DNA of 64,000 nucleotides from Armatimonadota bacterium (GTDB lineage Bacteria; Vulcanimicrobiota; JACPDS01; JBDRKI01): NCBI GenBank assembly GCA_043814095.1, contig JBDRKI010000037.1, positions 32,272 to 96,271 of the forward strand, read 5' to 3'. Shown piece by piece: positions 60,117 to 64,000 of this stretch (position 1 is its first letter; each line of letters starts with the position of its first letter). The notes under the pieces were generated by a model. It saw only the letters and a program-made list of their open reading frames with translations, ran no database searches and was not told where the DNA came from. The position numbers and the translations under genes were made by a program.

Positions 60117-61112
60117 TTATACTTTTGCTCTTGCTTTTTCTACCTGTTCTTTATGGGAATTTCTCCAGTTTATGAGTTTTTCAAGTCCTTCTCTTAATTG
60201 CACCTGGTATTTAAAACCTATCTCTTTTTTGGCTTTCTCTGGATCACCGATTCTGTTGGTAACAAAAGTTACTCCCTGCGGTTCATAATGTATTTTTTGA
60301 CCGCTTTTAGTTATATCAAGGATAAGCTCACCGACTTCTTTTATTGAAGTCTGCACGCCTGTGCCTACATTGTAAAAGGAATCGGTCGCGTCTGATTTCA
60401 TGGCGCATACATTGGCTCTTGCGGCATCCGATGAATATATGAAATCATAACTCTGGGATCCGTCCCCGTAAACAACTGGAGGCTGGTTATTATCAAGACG
60501 GTCAAGGATTTTCATAATGACAGCTATATAAGCGCCTTTGTAATCCTGTCTGGGCCCGTACACATTCATATATCTTAAGCCGGCATAATTTAAGCCGTAT
60601 CTGTTATAGAAAGCGCGGCACATATGTTCACCTGCTATTTTGGTTGCCCCGTAAAAAGTTTTATTATTATATATATGGTCTTCTTTCATGGGAAGTTCTA
60701 CCGCATCGCCGTAAACAGAAGCCGAGGACGAATAAATAAGTTTTTTGACATTATGCCTGGCGCAGGCTTCCAGTACATTGAAAGTCCCTTCAATGTTTAC
60801 ATGGAACGCGCTTTTCGGATAATCATAACAGTGAAGCAGCCATAAGGCGGCAAGATGGATTACATAATCTTTACCTTTTACCGCTTCATTAAGGATATCG
60901 GTATGGAGTATATCCCCGCCGAGCTCAAATATTTTAACCCGCGGATCTTTCAAAGCTTCTTTTACATTATCAAAAGATCCCCTTGAAAAATTATCATAAA
61001 CGGCAATTTCTTTAAGATCTTCTTTTAAAAGCTCGTCCACTACATGAGAACCTATAAAACCGGCTCCGCCTATAACCAGGACCTTTGAACCTCTTATATC
61101 GTTTTGCTGCAT
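60117..61112 (-). CDS. NAD-dependent sugar epimerase/dehydratase
   Basis: GGAGFIGSH, YGATK and RYMNVYGPRQ motifs; start set at the SD-preceded ATG 61112. Confidence 0.92.
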   Translation of the reverse strand: MQQNDIRGSKVLVIGGAGFIGSHVVDELLKEDLKEIAVYDNFSRGSFDNVKEALKDPRVKIFELGGDILHTDILNEAVKGKDYVIHLAALWLLHCYDYPKSAFHVNIEGTFNVLEACARHNVKKLIYSSSASVYGDAVELPMKEDHIYNNKTFYGATKIAGEHMCRAFYNRYGLNYAGLRYMNVYGPRQDYKGAYIAVIMKILDRLDNNQPPVVYGDGSQSYDFIYSSDAARANVCAMKSDATDSFYNVGTGVQTSIKEVGELILDITKSGQKIHYEPQGVTFVTNRIGDPEKAKKEIGFKYQVQLREGLEKLINWRNSHKEQVEKARAKV

Positions 61113-61189
61113 AATTATCATCCCTTCCAGTTATAAATAACTGTTATTTATAAAAGATTAACAGAAAAAAACAGTATTGTAAATACTTG

Positions 61190-62482
61190 TTATTCTATAA
61201 CTTTTACGATTTTATACGTGCTGTAAGGCAGGAAAGCCGTCTGGGGGAATAAAGTCGCGTATATTGTATAATTTTTGGTTTTCATTGTTTCAATTATTTT
61301 CAGATTAACTTTATTAGTCTGCTGAGGATCTTCTATATCTTTAGAAGAAATTAATTCATCATCATGATAAATTGATACATTAAGTTTATCGGCTATTCTT
61401 GCGGCATCGGGATCCATGTCAACAGTTACCAGAAGTTCTTCATCCATAAAAATTTTAGCCGTATCCGCAATATTTAATTTAGGATTCATATTGTTAACAT
61501 GTATTGTTTTATATGTGCTTGATAGATTAAAAGCATTATAAGGGGTAAGTGAGGCAAACAAGGTAACGGTAGAGTTTGTTAAATCTAGGGGCACTGTAAA
61601 ATAGAACTGATTTCTTGTCTGGGGTTTATCTATTGTCTTGGTCATAAAAATTTTTCCGCCGTCTTTGGCTATTATCTGTATCTGGTTCGCGGCTTTAAGC
61701 GCTTCGGGGCTTATCTCAATAATCAAATTTATATTCTGCCCCTTATGGAAGAAAGAATCATTTTTTATGCTCGGGATATCAAGCTGAGAGTCTATCCTGT
61801 CAATTTTTATTATTTTATTTGTTTTGGGCTGTGTGAATTTGTCTTCAGGGGACAAGTTTACGCGCAGATCGCTGTTGCTTAAAGGCGCGTTGTCGGGAAT
61901 ATGGAGTATTATGGAGTTATTAGTTTGAAGTTTGTCAGTGTCTTTGGAAGTAACCAGAGTGTCATTTTTATAAACACCTATTTCCAGTTTGTCTCCCGAG
62001 ACTGCGGCTTCCTTAGTAACGGTTATATTTGCGTTAATATCCTGTCCGGGATAAAATTTCTCATTATCTTGAATATTGGTTATATTAAGCTTAGGGTTAA
62101 TTTTTTCAATTATAATTTCTTTTTCAGATGATGAAGCGGTAAAATTATTTTCCGGGTATATAACCGCCTTTATCGTGCCTTTTCCCGCAGGAGTATTATC
62201 AGGCATCTGGAGCATGAGCGGGTTGTTTGCTGATGGCCCGAATATATCTTTTGATGCTACTATTTTGCCGTCTAAGTTAATTGTAACGGTTAATCTGTTA
62301 GCCGAACGCGCGGCCACGGATGACATCTGTATTAAAAGATTTATATCCTGTCCCGCATAAAGAACAGACCCCTCCTTTATATTAGCTATTTTCAATTGGG
62401 AATCTACCGTATCTAAATTTGAAAAGACCTGTGAAATTAAAATAAATGATATTAAAAATAAAAAAACTAATATTTTTTTCAT
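61190..62482 (-). CDS. Secreted protein with four ~100-aa Ig-like repeats
   Basis: Signal peptide; repeats starting DSQLKI / NPKLNI / DSQLDI / NPKLNI; same family as 26843-27862. Confidence 0.75.
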   Translation of the reverse strand: MKKILVFLFLISFILISQVFSNLDTVDSQLKIANIKEGSVLYAGQDINLLIQMSSVAARSANRLTVTINLDGKIVASKDIFGPSANNPLMLQMPDNTPAGKGTIKAVIYPENNFTASSSEKEIIIEKINPKLNITNIQDNEKFYPGQDINANITVTKEAAVSGDKLEIGVYKNDTLVTSKDTDKLQTNNSIILHIPDNAPLSNSDLRVNLSPEDKFTQPKTNKIIKIDRIDSQLDIPSIKNDSFFHKGQNINLIIEISPEALKAANQIQIIAKDGGKIFMTKTIDKPQTRNQFYFTVPLDLTNSTVTLFASLTPYNAFNLSSTYKTIHVNNMNPKLNIADTAKIFMDEELLVTVDMDPDAARIADKLNVSIYHDDELISSKDIEDPQQTNKVNLKIIETMKTKNYTIYATLFPQTAFLPYSTYKIVKVIE

Positions 62483-62531
62483 ATAAAACTCCGATTATAA
62501 TATATAATAAATTACTTGCTTATTATAATAA

Positions 62532-62556
62532 ATTCCCATATTAAAGTAAAATTCCT
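62532..62556 (-). promoter_or_regulatory. sigma-H-like promoter
   Basis: Minus strand CAGGA-N17-GAAT. Confidence 0.55.
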
Positions 62557-62557
62557 G

Positions 62558-62595
62558 TTTAAAAGCCCCCGGAATTATTCCAAGGGGCTTTTAAA
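62558..62595 (-). terminator. Terminator-like hairpin
   Basis: tttaaaagcccc...ggggcttttaaa. Confidence 0.7.
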
Positions 62596-62617
62596 GAAGT
62601 ACTATTACATTTATAAG

Positions 62618-64000
62618 CTAAGGTGTAATTTCAATATTTCTTAACTTAGTATTAGAGGTAAAATACGCCCCCGGAGAAAGTGTTGCTTTTATTATCGCCA
62701 TGCCCGGTTCTATATGTCCCGGACCGGGTATTTCCAGTCTAACGCGTTCATTGCGGCTTGGATCCCTTATTATCTTACGTGCGATTCTCTCACCGTCTTT
62801 TTCGATTTCAACGGTTAATTCATTGGTAATACTAGCGGCTCTGTCAGTCATGGTAACTCTAACTATAAGGGTTCTTCCTCTTTTAATTTTGTGATTACTG
62901 GGTGGCTCCATAATACTTAGTGCCGCATTAACTGCATTTATAGTGATGTTATTAACAGCTAAAGTCTGTGTTAAACCGTCTTCCGGCCGGAGTGATGCTT
63001 CTACAGTAGCATTTCCGGGGGAGATTCTGGGTATTTGAAGGCGGACTTCCGTATTAGCCTGAGGGTTTTGTATTACTTCTTGATCAAGCATCTGTCCGGC
63101 TTTCATGAGTTTGACATCTAAAGTACTTGGAACGCCTACTGCCTCAGGGTTCATGTTAATATGAGCTATGAATGCATCTCTGATTATGAATACTGTACCT
63201 TCTGCCGGGATTGGGATACTCAGATTTGCATTAATTTTTTCCACTCTGAAATTAATAGTTGCGGAATGATTAATAAAGCTTCCGACAGGGTCTAGAATTG
63301 CTTCAATAACTGCTTCACCTTCGGGAATATTGGCAGGAATGGTTATTCTTTGATTATTATTAACCTGCGGTCTTTGTATGGTATATATAGCAAGGTCCTG
63401 CCCCGCGCGTTTAACTTTGATTTTCAATGTGATATTAAGGCCAACTGCTTCAGGATTCATAGCTACAACAACATCAATTTGCTGTCCCGCTCTTAATACG
63501 ATACCTGCCTGTGGGCTTGTAATCCTTATCCCCGCATCGATATTTTCAATTCTAATATTTTGCGTTGCGGTGTGATTAATAAAATCTTCGGCAGGATCTA
63601 AAGTTGCTTCTATAATGGCCTCGCCTGGTGGAATATTACCGGGTATGGTTATACTTTGACTGTTATTACTCTGCGGGTTTTGTATAATTTGTTGTATAAG
63701 AACCTGGTTGCCGTGTTTGAGTTTAATTCTTAAAGATCTAGCGGCGCTTGCCGCTTCAGGTAATACAGTTACATTAACCTGTACCTGCTGTCCGGGTGTA
63801 AAGCTTGTATTAGGCGCAGGTGCGGTTATTCTTACATCAGCCCGGGTCATACCTATAATAACATTAAGTTCAGCTACATGGTTAGAGAAATTAACATAAG
63901 GAGAAACAGCCGCAACGATTTTATAATTACCCGGCTGGGCATTAGCCGGTATTTGTATCTGTGCCTGGTTATTAGCCTGCGGGTTATCGATATTAATTCT
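62618..64000 (-). CDS. Ig-like repeat protein, 5'-truncated by the window edge
   Basis: Frame stays open from 64000 (RINIDNPQANNQAQIQIPANAQPG...) into the 63850 ORF; at least 4.5 repeats. Confidence 0.8.
   Translation of the reverse strand, partial: RINIDNPQANNQAQIQIPANAQPGNYKIVAAVSPYVNFSNHVAELNVIIGMTRADVRITAPAPNTSFTPGQQVQVNVTVLPEAASAARSLRIKLKHGNQVLIQQIIQNPQSNNSQSITIPGNIPPGEAIIEATLDPAEDFINHTATQNIRIENIDAGIRITSPQAGIVLRAGQQIDVVVAMNPEAVGLNITLKIKVKRAGQDLAIYTIQRPQVNNNQRITIPANIPEGEAVIEAILDPVGSFINHSATINFRVEKINANLSIPIPAEGTVFIIRDAFIAHINMNPEAVGVPSTLDVKLMKAGQMLDQEVIQNPQANTEVRLQIPRISPGNATVEASLRPEDGLTQTLAVNNITINAVNAALSIMEPPSNHKIKRGRTLIVRVTMTDRAASITNELTVEIEKDGERIARKIIRDPSRNERVRLEIPGPGHIEPGMAIIKATLSPGAYFTSNTKLRNIEITP

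Overview
A 64-kb stretch of low-GC bacterial chromosome. By inference it is a diderm Terrabacteria-type organism: it has an OprD-like porin together with a Bacillus-like rny-ymdB-spoVS block, and the protein families suggest an Eremiobacterota/Armatimonadota-like lineage (not verified). Recognisable genes: tRNA-Glu(CTC), gatB, moeA-PBP fusion, rny, ymdB, spoVS, sugar ABC plus nagZ, ftsY, kup, asnB plus epimerase, three POT peptide transporters and a GadC-like permease. No CRISPR, integrase, transposase or prophage genes were recognised. Main non-obvious signals: (1) arrays of GTTAAC half-sites at an exact 11-bp period, mostly 21-22 nt upstream of -10 boxes, in front of orphan genes and an HD-GYP gene (a putative unknown regulon); (2) an orphan three-gene paralog operon whose middle gene carries one in-frame TAG; (3) six modular lipoproteins whose architecture resembles type V (donor-strand) pili; (4) thirteen AGG(A/T/G)-N17-GAA promoter motifs resembling sigma-H sites; (5) RNase Y apparently initiating at AUU; (6) a frameshifted porin, a missed 47-aa zinc-ribbon gene, and a long structured leader RNA. 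All family assignments come from motif recognition by eye, not database searches.
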